Source: Marsupella aquatica (taxonomy: Eukaryota > Plantae > Marchantiophyta). Taken from it: a stretch of 64,000 bases of DNA. A program made the translations under genes and the position numbers. Positions 36,804 through 50,727 of this stretch are shown here, one piece after another; position 1 is the stretch's first letter; every line of letters begins with the position of its first letter. The notes under the pieces were generated by a model, which searched no databases, was not told the origin of the DNA, and worked only from the letters and a program-made list of their open reading frames with translations. Where the stretch lies: the NCBI GenBank assembly GCA_973895155.1, contig OZ316895.1, positions 1,114,435-1,178,434 of the forward strand. The letters are read 5' to 3'.

Positions 36804-37819
36804 TAAGCTAACAGTGTTCAAACCGCTATGTTATCAAGTGATACCAGAGCAACATCAACCAATAAACTCGGGTAGTAACTTGCAGTAACATAGTTATGGT
36901 AGCTGATAAATGTGGGAATGTGTGCCTCCACGACATCTGGCCTGCATAGGGCTCCTCATGTCATGATCTAGAGTAGCATATTTTGAATCATTAGGGCATC
37001 TCAATCCTTCAGGTCTGTGGAAAAAAACCTGTCCCAAAAATACCAATTCGGGTAATAAGTGTGCGGATCATTTCCTCAAAAGCCATCTAACGATATTGAA
37101 TTGTTTAGCTTGCTTTGATTCTTCTAGAAAATCCATTTTTCATCTCAGAGCTACCAGAATTGCCTTCAGTTCCGATATTTTGTGATGATTGTGTAGCTTG
37201 CTTGATGTACAGTGTCCCATTTACCTAAGCTGTTTAGAACGATGAAAAACATGCACTCCTAATCCAAACGTGTTGTAAATGTCTCCAGCCAATTTTGGAC
37301 ATTGAATTCGCTATAATCCTGCGCACTCGTCCAGTAAGCACTCTTCATCTATTATCAACGGGTGACACACTCTACTGGGACCGTCATCAATATTATGAAA
37401 TCAAGAAAACTTCATCTGGACCACTGGAGAAAACCATTAAACCCAGCTTCAAAGAATGTTGGAATATGCTTCTCGGAGTAGCGAGTAGAAATTCTCGGTG
37501 CACACCTGATCATCTGTTTAGAAAAGTATGTACTACCTAAACACCATCATGGATTTTCCTTATTTCCGTTTAATCCCACGGAGAGACACAAAGCAACGTT
37601 TTTTACGAGAGAGGATCAAGGCCGGAAACGACGCAGGCCCGAAGGGAGTGAAAGAAATATGTTATGTAGACTTGGACAGATGAGATATGATTAAACATGT
37701 GACTGGCTGCGGAACTCAAGTACTTCAGGTGGAGCCAGTATCCAGACTGCAACCTGGGTAGATAGGCTAAGAAGAGGTGCAGTTGAGTCACTCTTGTAAG
37801 AAGTGCATATCAGTCAGCG

Positions 37820-40800
37820 CTAGGCTCGTCGATACTCATCCCCGCAGTCACCAATAATTTCAAGTAGATCTCTACCTTTACTGGTTACAGCCTTGATACT
37901 TTGACGGTCCTCGTCATCAAGCTGTATCTTGAAGATAGCTTGTGAGTCGCTCAAATGTTGGCTAAGTCCAAGTCTTACTCCTATCATAGATCCTCCGACA
38001 GCTTGCTGCATGAAGCACCAAAATAGTAGCATGTTAGTATTTGGATATTGGAATGACAGCTCGGACTCGGTGCGGTTGGAAGCTCCTGAATGCCCTTGTA
38101 ACATATAGAAATCCTTATTAAAGCGAGTCTTGGTATTACCATAGGGACTAGAGAGGAAATTTTACGATGCTCGGACCAAAACACACTTTTCATATAAAGA
38201 AACATAAATCGTGACGTGAAAAGACACCAAATACAATGATGAACAGAAAAAGTTCCTAAAGTTTAATTCCGGCATGGCATTATCGTGTTGAATATGTGAT
38301 TATAATGAATTATTTCCTTATAATTCGAGTCCAAACGAAACTGGTGTGATGCTCCCACCAATGTGACCCTTCAACAGTACTTTTAAGAGTTCATTCTACT
38401 TCAAAATCTATAAACTTCTTGTTATGTTATATATAATTTGTTACATATCCCTAACATCCAATATACACAACTACGATGAGATTTCAATCATGGAAACTCT
38501 ATTTAACAAGAATGATAAGATTAAATCCTCGCAGTTAGTTTTGGGATAACGTACTGTACCTGATCAAGAATGTAGCGAACGGCTACTGTAGACATGCTGA
38601 CACCATGTTTCACTGCGACCATCTTGACTGCTCTCAAAAGTTCTTGAAACAGGTTCCAGCCTCCCCAAGCATCCACCATCTGGGAATGAACAAGTAGTTT
38701 CATGATTCCTGATGTTCCGTCCAGCACCTAAGAAAGATTTGTATTGACATGAAGCACAAATGAAAGAAAAATACTTGATACTTGAGACTACACGAAGCAT
38801 CCTCTTATACACTACCAGAGTTTTTTTCCAGCTTGGTGTGTGGACTTGTTTGGGGTGAGAAGTTATAAAAGTCTTTCAGGAATTGCGCCACACGAATGTT
38901 TAGTTGCAGCCAATGATGAAAGATTTTTACAAAACATGCCGGCAAGTGGGGTCACATCTCCAGAATGATTTTGGCCAACTTGGAAAGCCCAGGGAGCCCC
39001 CCGAGATATCCGGTGCCCTTCAGCTACAGAAAATTCTTGATTCAAGAAGACTGGCGTACCCGCTTGTACTTGTTCAGGGAGGGAGTGTCCAGGGGAGGAC
39101 CTGCAAATGGGATGGAAATGATAGCATCCAAGAACTTCTCTGACAGTAACCCTCCCATCACTGTGCCATACCTGCACCAAGAGAATTTAACCACTTCAGT
39201 AAATACCATTGAGAATTTAATTAATAAAATGTTGAGATGTGATCGTTCCACTCAAAAAGCATCGAACTGCGTGAGCCAGATGATCGAGTTACGTTAAACT
39301 AGTGCATAAATATTATTCACCGCCATTTGCTTCTAGCATGCGCAAGAACGTGCGTCTGCTAGATGGTCCATTTGCGATTCGTGAAGATATAGACTCATGA
39401 TTAATCAACTAGGATTGAGACTGCATAAAAATCTGAAATAAGTTTAGAGCTCACGTTATCAGCTTAACACCGGTCAATTGGCACAGTTCTGACATCCTCT
39501 TTTGGGGTCGCATGTCTACCAAGGAATTTTGTACCTGTTGACACAGTAGCAGTTTCTATAATCGGGAAATTCGTGTGGCTTTCATGGTCACGAGGATATT
39601 TGGGCGATATAATCCTATTCTGGTCATCACAAAAGCCATCCTACACGTCCTTCCTCGTGAGAACGCTACTGCCAAGAGATGCGATGTGGCTGATAATGAC
39701 AACATAACAGTAGCAATAAGGAAACTATCATGTCAAATCAGGAATGACAGATACCTGGTTGCTCACAATAGGAATACCATTTTCCAAGATGATTGCCAAC
39801 CTTTTGGTGTCAAAGTTAGTCAGTGCCAGTGTTTCGATTTTACCTGCGGAGCCACAAATACATGTTGTCAACTTCAAGAGATAATGGTCAAAATAGTGCA
39901 GCAAAAGAGGGGAAGAGCACAGTCAACTGATGATTTACCTAAACAACGGAACAATGGCTCATATGGCAAGGAAAATAATGCAGTGTTTGGCAACCGGCAG
40001 AATGTTCTCAACGGCAGATGTTCGCGGCATGGTCAAAGGCTGACCTTCCTCTTTAAGATCAGCCAGGTGCTTAAGTGCATCCAAGTAGCCGGAATCTCCA
40101 TAATCCCACCTGCAGATCTCGTCTCCTCAGCCTATCTATCAATGAACATAGTGAATGATGGATTGATGCTGCAAAGTGACTGTAATAAGCGAGGAGACTA
40201 TTGTGAACAGATTACAAAAAAATGTCCTGATAGACAAATCGAGCACCTTGTTGACTTGTCAGATTAGTACGAAAGGGAATCATCAATTTTCTGTTTCAAA
40301 AACCTCATCTAAGAAGTTTATCAAGATCACCAGGTGTAGGGTGAAAATGTGCAGCATGACTACAGTCTCTTCATGAAATGATAAGTTTGCACACCAGTGA
40401 AATTGGAGCATGTTGAGAGTCTTCACATCCATTCGCTTTCGAGAACGATCAATATTAGTCTCGACCCAAGCCCTTGTCATCTTTGTTGGTGAAGGAACCC
40501 ATTTAGTGAGTCTGCGTATATTAGCGAAGTGAAATTAACTGCAAAAAATGGATACTGAATGGTGTCGCAGGAAGCTTAAAATTTCCTGAGGTTCTAGATC
40601 TCCAGTCTCTAACCAGCAGTTCACATGCGTAGCTTCCTGTATGGATCAGATAGCAAAACTGTTGCTACACAGAACAAGGGCCTTAACATCAAGAAAAGCT
40701 CACCCTTGAACTTTCGAGGCAAGTTCATCACCACGTTCCCGTCTAACTTTGTTTAGAAAACTTCCATAGAGAAGTTCTGCTGGTCCATCTGTAGATTAGA

Positions 40801-41512
40801 TAGAAAATAAGAGAACAATCACCAAGCTGTAGTCTGATTGATTTGATTTGATTTGAACAAATCTGTAAAGAATATTCATCTCAGTATTTAAAACCAGGAT
40901 ACTATCGATATAACTCAGTCACATGAGTTTAGGATAACCCCTAAACCTCAGATTGAGTCCTGAATGGCATATGTCCTATCGAGAAGATGGAAACACGAGA
41001 GAATTTGTAGCCCAATTATTTTACAAGTCGGAATCTAACTGCATGACATTCCAGAGGTTTCCCGGACATGCTCTGTATGTCCCAAATTCTTCTAATTCTG
41101 AGCCATTGTTTCATGCTTGAGCAGGGGATAACTTACAGTGGTCAGCCATATCAAAAGTCGTGAATCCGGCATCTGCGTACTTAAGCATGGCATCCACAGC
41201 ATTGACAGGATCGATTTTGCCCCATCCTCCGCTAACTTGCCACATCCCGTTTATCACGCGGCTGATCTCCAGCTTGTCATCTCCACTCTGCACCACTGTA
41301 GTCCTCTCCGACGCTGCCTGATAGGGGGCCCCGGTGGCTGATATCTCGCTCCTCCAATTCGGGAGCCCTTTCATGCTCCGACGGTTTCGTTGACCACCCC
41401 ATCGTGTCGAAAGATCCTTCCTGAAAGTGAGTTGCTTAGCCAGACTACCAAGCCCAGAAGGAGCTCCAGCAATGGCGAGTGAGGTGGACGACAGAGCCAA
41501 CAAAGAAGCCAT
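37820..41512 (-). CDS. Aldo-keto reductase family NAD(P)-linked oxidoreductase with putative plastid transit peptide (family often labelled flagellar radial spoke protein 5-like), 409 aa, 9 exons
   Basis: Exons 41512-41137, 40788-40704, 40511-40395, 40109-40045, 39843-39755, 39534-39455, 39171-39060, 38679-38560 and 38005-37820, all GT..AG and in phase. Motifs: ISRVINGMWQVSGGWG, FDMADHYGPAE, LTKWVP, LQFHWWDY, LTNFDT, VSNQVQNSLVDMRP, ITYGTVMGGLLSEKFL, YKRMVDAWGGW and IIGDCGDEYRRA*. The N-terminus is Ser/Ala/Arg-rich. Confidence 0.94.
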
Positions 41513-42100
41513 GAATCAATGCACTCTGCTTCTAGAGATCCGGGCCAGGTAGATGGCTCAATAATGTATCTTTCGAGTGGCCACAGTTGCAAATCCAGCT
41601 CAATTCTTCGTTTGAATTCCAACGAGACATTAGGCCCTACGATATCCACAAGAAAGTGCTTCAGAGGATAGCAGTTTGCATTGCAGTCTGGGCTGGACCC
41701 AGTTTGCCTTGGCAACGCGTCCTCAGGACAATGCCCACTTTCTGTTTCACTGTCCGTGGATGTGTGTGGCTGTGTGTGGCTGTGGTGAATGGGAGTTTCC
41801 CTTGGTTCCAAATTAAAGCTCCCATGAGTGACCCTCCTATGCGACTTACTCCTGAGCTTTACAAGGCTTTCCAGTTCTCTGCACAACAGGGTTTTAGTTT
41901 TCTTTGCTCCCCTTGGTGTTTGTTGTTGTTCCTAGGTTGTGATGGGGGTTTCTTGGGGCCCTTCCCTTTTCTGTTTCCTTCTCGTTATTGGGTTGCTTTG
42001 CCTTTTGCCCTCTGGCACTTTGATATATATAGATATCCTTTTGCAACTTTTGCAAAGATGCTTGAACCAATTGCCAAAACCCACATGCAGAAGTGGAGGG

Positions 42101-42252
42101 ATTTGCTTGATGAGACCCCAACATGAAACCTGTTATTTGGTAGGACCCCTGAGTGATCCAGACCGTTGATTGACCTTGAATGAATCAATGTACCCAAAAC
42201 TTCAGGGGTCCTCTCAAGCAACGCATTTGTTCTAGGGTCTGATCAAGCAAAT
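42101..42252. mobile_element. ~150-bp inverted-repeat miniature element upstream of the AKR gene
   Basis: TIR ATTTGCTTGATGAGACCC / GGGTCTGATCAAGCAAAT. The internal tgatccagaccgt and aatcaatg.acccaaaa are shared with 17836-17984. Confidence 0.65.
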
Positions 42253-45200
42253 CTCTCCGCACACGTGCAAAATTTCAACAAATTACAGGTATCAACCTTT
42301 AAGTACTTTGTCACTTAAGATTCTATTTAATAGAAAGGTGGTAGATGTGCAGGAGTTTGTATTGTATTTAAAAATTGTATTCTACCACCTTTCTCTGTAT
42401 AAATGAAAGTATCAGTAAAGCTTGGAGACATGACCCCAAAGGCTGGATATCCAATTAATGAGACAAGACAAGGGGAAAAGCCCCATGAACACGGCTCTTG
42501 AGGGGTAATGTCAAACCCACCTTCCCAGTTTCCACCCAGAAACCCTTTGAGAAACCTAAAAATGCCTTTCCAAGGTTCAACTCCTGGAGGCAAGGGAAGG
42601 GCAGCTCCTTTATGTCATGCTGGTGGAGGGAGCCTGGCTTCAAGCTCTTGATAAGTGTCATGATTGTGCTTCTTTTTGCATCAGTTGCGGCAACATTGTC
42701 TTCAAAATTTTCACAAAGAGTGTACAGAGTCTCACGTTTTTGAAGTGATGGCTTGGCATCTGGTGTTTTGGTAGCCACATTGGACATCAAGCTCTCCAGC
42801 AATGCACTGCTGCGGACTCTGTATATTTAGGAGGGTAGGTGTGATTTTACAGCTTTTTCGGTCCTATATATTTAAACAGGAGGCAATGCTTTCCAGCAGC
42901 TCTATTGTGTGAAATATGCTGAGAAATATGAAGAAGTACAAGTCTAAGGAGTGTCAGGTTTCTAAAATCCTTGAGATGCAAAGAGTGGCTGTCTTCTCTT
43001 TTGTGTAGAGTGTACTCCTCCTAGGACAATACTTTACAACTCTGGAGTGGCCACAAATTTTCAAGTCCTGAAGATTGAGTGTTGAAGGTCTGGGCTAGAG
43101 ACCCGACGCTACAGATTGGACCTTGTTTGACACCAGATGCAACCTGAATGCGATCTCAAAGACTGTTGGATAATGTCCGACATCAAGCACCGGAGGAAGA
43201 AGGTTGGTTAGCTATATATATCAGCTCATGTGTGCGACCACAAACTGAAAGGGCTCTACACTGCAGTCAAAAGATGTTGTTACACTTGAAACTGCTTGGA
43301 GAGTAAGAGGGTTTGTTAGGATCATGGCATTGAATCAGTCCGTTTCCATAATTGGATTCATAGTTGATAACACACAAGTTGGTTCAAGTGCCATCAGGAA
43401 TGTCTTCCAGCTAGAACGGTAGGGTGAAGGACAGCATGAGCGACCAGTTCCTTTTAACTGGGCTCAATCTGTGGAGCTCATGACTAGGAGGGGGACCCTA
43501 GATTCAAACTGAAAAGAATGGACCACAAGTAACTACTGGAGGAACTGAGAGATGTCGGGAATTTGTACCTTCAGTTGCTTTTCTACTTTCAAAGCAGGGA
43601 ACACCGACGGTTCCAAACCACATAGCTAGAGTAGTTGACGACTTGGGTATCTTGGTGGGTGGTTTGGTGGTCTCAATGGGACAAGGCGTCATGTTCCTGT
43701 CAGTTTCAATGATTCAGTAGTAGGAAAAGTTCCACCAATTGATCTAATTGCAACATCATTTTGTTGTAGGAAACTCAGCCCAACGTCAACAGCGTAAAAT
43801 GAATAGAAATTATTCAATTTAATTTCAAAACCCTTTATTATACAATTTTCTAAAAATACCTTGCTGAATATAACAAATAATATTTTTACTAAAGTTGCAT
43901 TTTTGAAATTCTTTAATGACTTTTTATTACAATTATTAACCCGGCAAGATTAAAATAATCTTCTGTCATTTGTTCGCATCCCATTCTAATAATCTAATGA
44001 GTGATTCCCCAGGGACTGTGTGAAATGGAACTAACCAATCAAAAGCTGATCAAAAGCACTTCATAAGCCTTAGTCTTGAACAAAAACAAAATGAACCAAC
44101 TAACCCCGCAAGTAACAAGATGTTGCTAACTACCAATAGGAATGTTGCTAGCTGCAAGAACTGGAAGGAAAACGACACCAAATCAACTAAGGTGCACAAT
44201 AAAAGTGAGGGTACCAAAGGACAGCAAAAGGATTAACTGAAAAAGGAGAGGAAAAGGAGAGGAAAAGGACAGTTCAAATTGAGGAAGTAGGAAACTGAAC
44301 ACAGCCCAGAAGGAACAGTAGGCATTGCATCATGATGCTGGCAAACCCTAACCCATAAAGTGAAGATGACTAGCAAATGGTCATCCTTGGAATATCAAAA
44401 TGGTGGCAATCTGAAATCTGTGGCCAAATTGTGGCAATTGAGGACTCTAAGCAGTGGAATGCAGTGGTGAGCAGCCTTGGGCCAACCCTAAACTCTTACC
44501 CCGCTGCTGATGGAAGACTGCAATATCACCACCAATTTTGCTGGCAAATGTTTGAAATGGAGGTGGAGTTTGGCAAGAACGTGCACCTAGACAAATCTGT
44601 TGTTTCACATCCTTAGTAAGTCATCTTAAAGCTCCGGGTCCTCACTTGTTTCTCAAGTATAATCTGTTTTAATTGGGTCTTAGTAGAGGACTTATAGCTT
44701 GAATGTGGGAGAACTTTAGAGATGTTTTAAGCCAATTTTGAGAATTATAAAAACCATGGTATTTTCCTATAGAATATTCCTAGATTATCCCAAAAAGCTA
44801 AGAAAAGAAATATACTTGGAAAATATCTTATTCTTGAAGCCTTTGGGTGTTTATTTGAGAATCTTATTCTGGGGAATAATAAATACTTGACAAATATTAC
44901 CCAAAAATGTTGGGCATGATATAGGACCCCGCTAACCTTGGAGTGAGACCCCCCAGTCTAACAGGAACCTATTTTCCTGCTTTATCTAGATATGACAATC
45001 CTACAGTTTTTATTATCATAATTATGGAGAGGGTTGTACGTTTAAAAAGGTGGAGCACTTCTTACCCTAAACTCACTTCACGAGTAACATGTTGAGCACC
45101 AGCTCTTTTGGATTTTAGTGAATGTTGACCGGGAACTGCTACAGCTGGTTCCACTGCTGGAATCAAAAACATTCAGAGTGTCACTAGTAGAGGTGTTTGA

Positions 45201-45562
45201 ATCCCACATTTGGGGGATTGAGTGTGTAAACTTTGCTGGATTCAAAAACAAATTATAAGTGTCACTAGAGGAGTCTGAACCCCACTCTTTTTGGTTTTTT
45301 TCTTGGGGGGGGGGGGGGGGGGAGGGGGGTATGAGTGTTAAAAAACTCACGATGTAAACAAAATTCAAACTTGGCATGTGTGCCACCCCACTCTCAAGCT
45401 CTACCGTTAGCCCAGGGGCTGCAGGACAAGAGTTTCACAATGTTTTAGGTATTTGTTTTCATCCTGCGAGTAGCTAACCTGCATCTACTGGCTACTGGCA
45501 GCCACAGACTAATGGAGCATGCACAACAGACAGCATCTATTATGACTCCTACAGGTGACTTA

Positions 45563-46100
45563 GGGTGGCTTTACAAGACGTCGGGGGCAGTTCCTTCACT
45601 TTTCTGACATCCAAGATCCAATCCGGGCCATCCATTGGGGAGATAGTGCTGGAGTTCACTTTAGAAAACGTCGGGGGCAGTTTTGCTCATTGATTCTGCC
45701 GATCCTACATGGACTTCAGTGGGGCCCAACTTTTGCCGACGTGGAGCTCTTTTTTGTCCAGAATTTTAGACCACCTCCGTTGGAGGTCCCTTCATCCGGC
45801 CGCTTGGTCCATTCCTATTATGGGCAGTTTTCAATAAATGCGGACCCACAGGAACCAGCATTAGCCAAAGATTAGCCAGCATTAGCCAAAGATTCAGGTG
45901 GAGTGGGTCCCAAGTTTGTCTTCTAGTCAATGATTCTAGCTACACTGGCCAGAGTTCCCTTTACAAGACGTCGGGGGCAATAAAAGTCTTCTAAATTCTC
46001 TATTAGCCCCGGTATACTGTTTTTAGCATGTGAAACTGCTGCTGGCTCAGCTTTGGTAGAAAAGGAAGCGAACGGCCCCCGACGTCTTGTAAAGTGCCCC
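45563..46100. mobile_element. Tourist/PIF-Harbinger-like MITE
   Basis: 26-bp TIRs GGGTGGCTTTACAAGACGTCGGGGGC / GCCCCCGACGTCTTGTAAAGTGCCCC with a TTA TSD (45560-62, 46101-03). Internal copies of the TIR motif lie at ~45660 and ~45960. Confidence 0.85.
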
Positions 46101-47080
46101 TTATATAAGGAAATACTTTTGCGGGGTGTTCAGCGCCCTTAGTTAGTTATCACTCCAAGACAAGCTCCAGTACTTTACTTTCTTTTTTGAGATATTCAAA
46201 CCCTTAATTAAGGAGAGCTATTTACTGCTTTATGTAAACTCCACAGCCCAAAAAGTTTCTTAGTACTATTTGGGAAGGGTTTTGGTTAAAGTTGGAGCAA
46301 CCATTTAATTGCACAACATTTAATTGCACAGAATGACTGATTTGCAGGGGTCTTTATTTAAGTTGTGATTTATTCTATGAAAGTGTTTTTGTTTTTATTT
46401 CTGTGCATGTGAAATAGAATTTAAATCCCTTTTGCAATTTATAAACGAATTTTTAGTATATATGACTTCAAGTTACCGCTTATATTATTTGTAGACTTAT
46501 TTTCCTTTCCCAAATTTCCTTTTTGAGGCATAAGAGGAGCACACAAATCCCCTCATGATGGTATAACCTACTTAGAAGCAAGTTTTGACCCCAAAATCCC
46601 TCAATTTCCAATGAATCAATAACACACCATTGTGATACCGAAAAATTTATGCTAAACTTATTTACCCAGATAGTGCTTGTCATCTGTTGGCGTTAATTAT
46701 CTTGGGGTTGCACTTGGAGAAGGTCCTATATCACTGCAACATTTGTAAGCCATAAATGCCCTAAAACACTAAAAACATTCTAGCCTCCTATTCGCAATAA
46801 AAAACCTATATCTATTCAGGAGTGATGTTTTGAAAATACAGAGGATCCCAAGTTAATTATTACTTCCTCAACGTACATTAATTGTACTTACTTCAAGGGA
46901 CACTGCTAATGCATCAATTTCCATCACTTCAGGGGAGAAAACTGGTCCTTGGCTTGGCATGGAACCTTTATGCATGTATTAATTAGAAATGGTCTTGGCA
47001 TGTCACACCATTATGAGTGGTAGTATAGTGTATTGCACTACCTAGGTTTGGAGGTTTGGTACATGTGCTGCTATTTGAGC

Positions 47081-48063
47081 GAGATATATGCTTGATGGGC
47101 CCCCTAGTGAACCTTTCTTACCCAATGGGCCCCTAGGTAACTTTTTTTACCAAGTAGGACCCCTCTTAATGACCAGTATACCTGTTCTTGTGTGGTGCCT
47201 ACACCTGTCCTTGTGTGGTGCCTACTATGTATGGTGACTCCAAGCAAACTGCACAGTTGAACCGTGCGGTCAACCTTGCATGGTCGACCGAGAAACCACG
47301 GAGATGATTCGGGAAAAACCGCGAAAAGCGACTACCGCTGTCGAAACTATGATTTGAAGACAATATGCATTATGTGTTCGGATTCAATGGGTTAATGCCT
47401 GAAGACTCAATGGATTATGTCTTCTCGTGTTTCAAGGTTTAGGGTTTAGGGTGTACCCCGACACCTTTGGGTCTGTCTTCTTTTAAAATTGTTTGTATAC
47501 ATTACACAGGGGAGTATTGCCATTTTTTGAGCGCATTTGTCAATCATTTGCCAATTTTTGTTGTGACGGCAATAGGCAAATTCCGAACATTGAACTTGAA
47601 TATTCTTTGTGGACATTTGGAGGTACCCCACACTGACGCTGACAGTCGTGCATGAAAACATCGTGAAAAACCATGTGCGCAATGTGAAAAACATACCTAA
47701 TAACTACCCCACGATATGGTAAAAATTGGAACCCGAAGACATAATCCATTGTGTCTTCAGGCATTAACCCATTGAATCCGAAGACATAATGCATATTGTC
47801 TTCAAATCATAGTTTTGACAGCGGCAGTCGCTTTTCGCAGTTTCTCCCAAATCATCTCCGTGGTTTCTCGGTCGTGCGACCATGCAAGGTTGACCGCACG
47901 CACAGTTCAACTGTGCAGTTTGCTTGGAGTCACCATATATAGTAGGCACCACACAAGGACAGGTGTATTGGTCATTAAGAGGGGTCCTACTTGGTAAAAC
48001 AAGTTACCTAGGGGCCCATCAGGTAAGAAAGGTTCACCAGGGGGCCCATCAAACATATATCTC
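47081..48063. mobile_element. Non-autonomous Mutator-like (MULE) foldback element with ~340-bp TIRs
   Basis: Arms 47081-47424 and 47735-48063 are near-perfect reverse complements, starting GAGATATATG and ending CATATATCTC. A perfect 10-bp TSD CTATTTGAGC flanks them (47071-80, 48064-73). Confidence 0.92.
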
Positions 48064-50727
48064 CTATTTGAGCACTTACTATTTACTTTGAGTTTGTGAG
48101 GGATAGTTCGAGGGATATTTCTCCCTTGGTGTTGGCTCAAAGGCCTCATTTTTTTTATATTGAGCCTTTGAGCATAAGCTTTGGTGGCTATGGTCTAATT
48201 GGCCAGGTTGTGTGCATGTAACATGGATTCCCTGAAGCACAAGGTGCGTTGGGCTTGATATACATGTGTGATTGCATCAGGCGAGATTGTTGTCTGATTG
48301 GCAGGGACCAATTGCTGTTTGATTTGCTCTCTCTTGAAAACTCTTTTGGGTATGTGTGGACATGACCTCAACTTGTACTTCATTCCTCTATGTTTGTCAT
48401 CTTGGATTGTGACCATGTTTAGATGTGTGTGACAAACAATGTATGTTGTGTAGCGATGTGTAATGCCACTACTTTTTTTAACGTATTCACAACGTTGTTT
48501 TGAAAGTAAATTGACATGTGAGGCGGGCTTTGAAAGTGGGGCAAAAGTTTTGGAAGGCTATGAGCCATAAGGTGAAGGCACAAGTCTTCAGTTTCGTAAA
48601 GGACACACCAACTGAGTACTTTAGTTATGGAGAGCACCTTATGACCAAGTGAAGTAATTAAAGCAGGCTGCAAATGGTCAGGAGCCTGTTTACAGGTCAC
48701 ATGTCAGTCAAAACCATAAGAGTACTACCACAGTCTCTTCAGACATTTTATGCCAGTCCATCAAAGCTTTGGAAATGCATTTGGGCTTCTCAGCAAACCC
48801 CTAGGTCTATCTGGGCTTTACTTCCTTTGAAGTGCATCATTAAAAAATCATCCAAACTTAAAAAAATAATGATTGATTTTCTTAAACCACCACTGGCCAT
48901 GTAAATTATAAAAGGAGGAGTGTCCAGAACTTTTTCATATTCCTCTCCTCCACAGTGAGACTTTGCTCCGCGATTTTGGGGAAAAATGCTAAGTGAATTC
49001 TGTGTAACCGCATTTTTGCCTTGGCTAGTGGCGCTTTAGGATCAAAACCTTTTTGGGCCAGAAAACTACAAAACAAGTTACTTTACTTTCTTTAGTTAGG
49101 CCGGGATACTCACAATCCTAGTTAATTTAAAGAATTCTTATTTTTTCTGAGATACCTGGATACGATAGTTCTGCAAGTTTTTTAATACTATTTGGGGAAT
49201 GTTGCTTAATAAGTTGGAGCAACCTTAACCTTATTAATAGATAGAATCCTGCAACATGAAATGATATGATTCCAGGCCACTGTGCTATGAGAGAAGTGTG
49301 TGGTCAAGATGGATAGTGGGGGTCTGGAGTGAAATCTTAGTATTGGGACCTGGTTCATTGTTTCTCAGGGGTAGGGCAGCTGTGAATAGATCCTTGTGCC
49401 ATAAAATAATGCACATGAATTCAAGAAAAGAGATTCTTAGGAGTAAACGTTACAAGCAAGTCAGAGATATAATTATTTATTATTCTTGTGACCAAAGGGT
49501 CACTCTTTGAGCAAGACCTGGTGTGTCAACTCTGATCTCAAGGGCATCATGGCTCCAAGAGGGTCCCATATCATGCGCAGTGTTTTTGGGTAATAAGTAC
49601 CCTAAAAAATCAAATGTAAAATATTCCAAATATTTGTCTACCCCTTAGTTATTGAAGTATTTAGCAATATTCACATACCTGGTTTGATAAACCCCAAAAA
49701 TTCTTGTAAGTCTCAAAATTGAAGTAAACTACCCCTAATGTTCCCCCAAATGTTTAGACTGTCTTCCACAGAAATGCATAAGTCTTTCACTAATCAAACC
49801 CACTAAAAAACTCTGTGCGGGATGGGTCACAAGAAAACATTAATATTGACGATGACCCTGGGACTGTCATAGCTTGATAAGACTTAGATCTCTGATATCC
49901 TTGAATCTATTGCCTGACAAAGTTTGAGACTTTTCTAACATAATTATATACTATTTGCTTCATTTGTAATGAGCATGAAGGGGGTCAAATATTATAAATT
50001 GTGATTTGATGTAACACTTCAAAACTGGTGTTCCAGAGTAATGGTAGATATCTTTCAAGTTCAAGGCCATTAACTGTCTATCCACCAAGGACACCTGAAA
50101 CACTGAGGATGAAACTGATAAGGAGAACCGTTTGGTACATTGTTAGGTAATGTAATTGCGGGTGTAACTGAAACCGGCTGCAAATAGTACTAAGGAGATT
50201 GTTTACAGGTCATATTTCAGTCAAAAGTGTAAGCATATCCAAGTCAATTTCATCATTGTGAGCAAGTTCATTTGAGCTGCCAGTCCATTGGGGCTTCACA
50301 AGAACATGGAGGTTTGTCCGAGCTTCTTTGCCCTAAGATCTCTGACCATATATTAGTAGGGGAGCTTTAATTAATAATGTATACCTTAGATTAGTAGAAC
50401 TTAAATGGGATAAAGCCCATGAACTATGCACCCCTGTTGGACAGTGTTACCTTAATTTCACACTCATTGACATGCTTTTCATTTTCAACCACAAAATTGA
50501 CATTCAATATATAACTGGCCCCTTCTATGACTTGCATACTTTAACTTATTCAAAATTAAAAAAATGTAGACCTATCCTATCTGGAAAGAAATATTAATGT
50601 TGTTATTTGTAAGGTGTGTTTAAATTAAATAAGATGTTTACTTGCCTTTGGTGAGAGATAAACCTAGTAAAATGGGGGAGGGATTCCCTAGGCATTTAAT
50701 GTTTGAATTAAATAATGTGTTCTTTTG

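Noticed and set aside
39575-40267. 230-aa plus-strand ORF
   Set aside because: Antisense to AKR exons 4-5 and their introns.
41587-42126. 179-aa ORF
   Set aside because: Spans the AKR leader/promoter and runs into a MITE; no motifs.
42327-43700. Patchy ORFs upstream of AKR
   Set aside because: Possibly decayed TE coding sequence, but no motif I could assign.
45305-45328. Long G/C homopolymers (also ~9423-9449, 14680-14693, 24050-24060)
   Set aside because: Simple mononucleotide runs with no evidence of function.
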